A stretch of 64,000 bases of DNA from an uncultured Christensenella sp. (GTDB taxonomy: Bacteria; Bacillota; Clostridia; Christensenellales; UBA3700): NCBI GenBank assembly GCA_949290515.1, contig CASERZ010000005.1, forward strand, positions 101,856-165,855, in the 5' to 3' direction. Below are positions 63,705-64,000 of the stretch, in pieces. The notes below the pieces were generated by a model. The model made no database searches. It saw only the letters and a list, made by a program, of their open reading frames with translations, and was not told where the DNA came from. Positions within the stretch are counted from its first letter, which is position 1; each line of letters begins with the position of its first letter. The position numbers and the translations under genes were made by a program.

Positions 63705-64000
63705 ATGAAACTCAAGCTCAAAGAAAAAATCTTTTACGGTCTCGGAGATTTATCCGCCAACATAATGTTTGCGGCAATCTCTTTCTATCTGCTCTACTTT
63801 TTCGTCAACGTCGGCGGACTTAAACCCGAACTTGCTTCGGCAGTATTTCTGATAGCAAAATTCTGGGATGCCGTTACCGACTATCTGATGGGCAGAATCA
63901 GTGACAAGACAAAGAGCAAATGGGGCAAGCGCAGAGTATATATGCTCTTCGGCGCGGTGCCTTACGGTCTTGCGTTTTTGCTTTTGTGGATCGCGCCTTT
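63705..64000 (+). CDS. GPH-family glycoside/pentoside/hexuronide:cation symporter (N-terminal part; continues past window)
   Basis: KIFYGLGDLSANIMF and WDAVTDYLMGRISDKTKSKWGKRR signature of MelB/XynP-type transporters. Confidence 0.8.
   Translation, partial: MKLKLKEKIFYGLGDLSANIMFAAISFYLLYFFVNVGGLKPELASAVFLIAKFWDAVTDYLMGRISDKTKSKWGKRRVYMLFGAVPYGLAFLLLWIAP

Overview
This 64-kb chromosomal window looks like a spore-forming, glycan-foraging Firmicute of Clostridia type. The evidence is a gerAA/AB/AC operon, an rpsF-ssb-rpsR operon, AGGAGG-type ribosome-binding sites and hairpin plus T-run terminators. I call about 50 protein genes on both strands. I saw no rRNA, tRNA, CRISPR array, integrase, transposase or phage structural genes. 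Most content is ordinary: pgk-tpiA and gpmI, gltX, queH, a MATE exporter, an amino-acid ABC transporter, nahK-galE-capD, nagA, GH2 beta-mannosidase, GH38 alpha-mannosidase, GH43, peptidases and orphan lipoproteins. The stand-out is a tightly packed, co-directional eight-gene operon at 49.2-63.2 kb. It encodes an Hsp70-like ATPase, an SNF2 helicase with a 22-cysteine zinc-ribbon tail, and a Cys-rich orphan. It also encodes a 1000-aa five-TM protein with extracellular LRR/Ig/MBG-like repeats and a Zn-ribbon/Sel1-like protein. The last three genes are two coiled-coil proteins ending in the same E-[VI]-x-I-[DT]-D-I-V motif and a Vps4/katanin-like single-cassette AAA+ ATPase with a helical N-domain. 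I could not map this gene set to any named defence or membrane-remodelling system. I propose it as an undescribed multi-NTPase system with an ESCRT-III/Vps4-like module. A promoter-to-terminator bounded ~160-nt non-coding unit sits just upstream of it. Other notable non-coding structure includes a ~40-bp perfect hairpin repeat present four times, with a compensatory stem change. There is also a ~0.5-0.7-kb mosaic structured repeat present twice; one copy has 56-bp inverted arms. Each copy ends in register at the start codon of a glycoside-utilisation gene. An XRE pseudogene carries one in-frame TAA. All functional calls come from motif recognition by eye; no searches were run.
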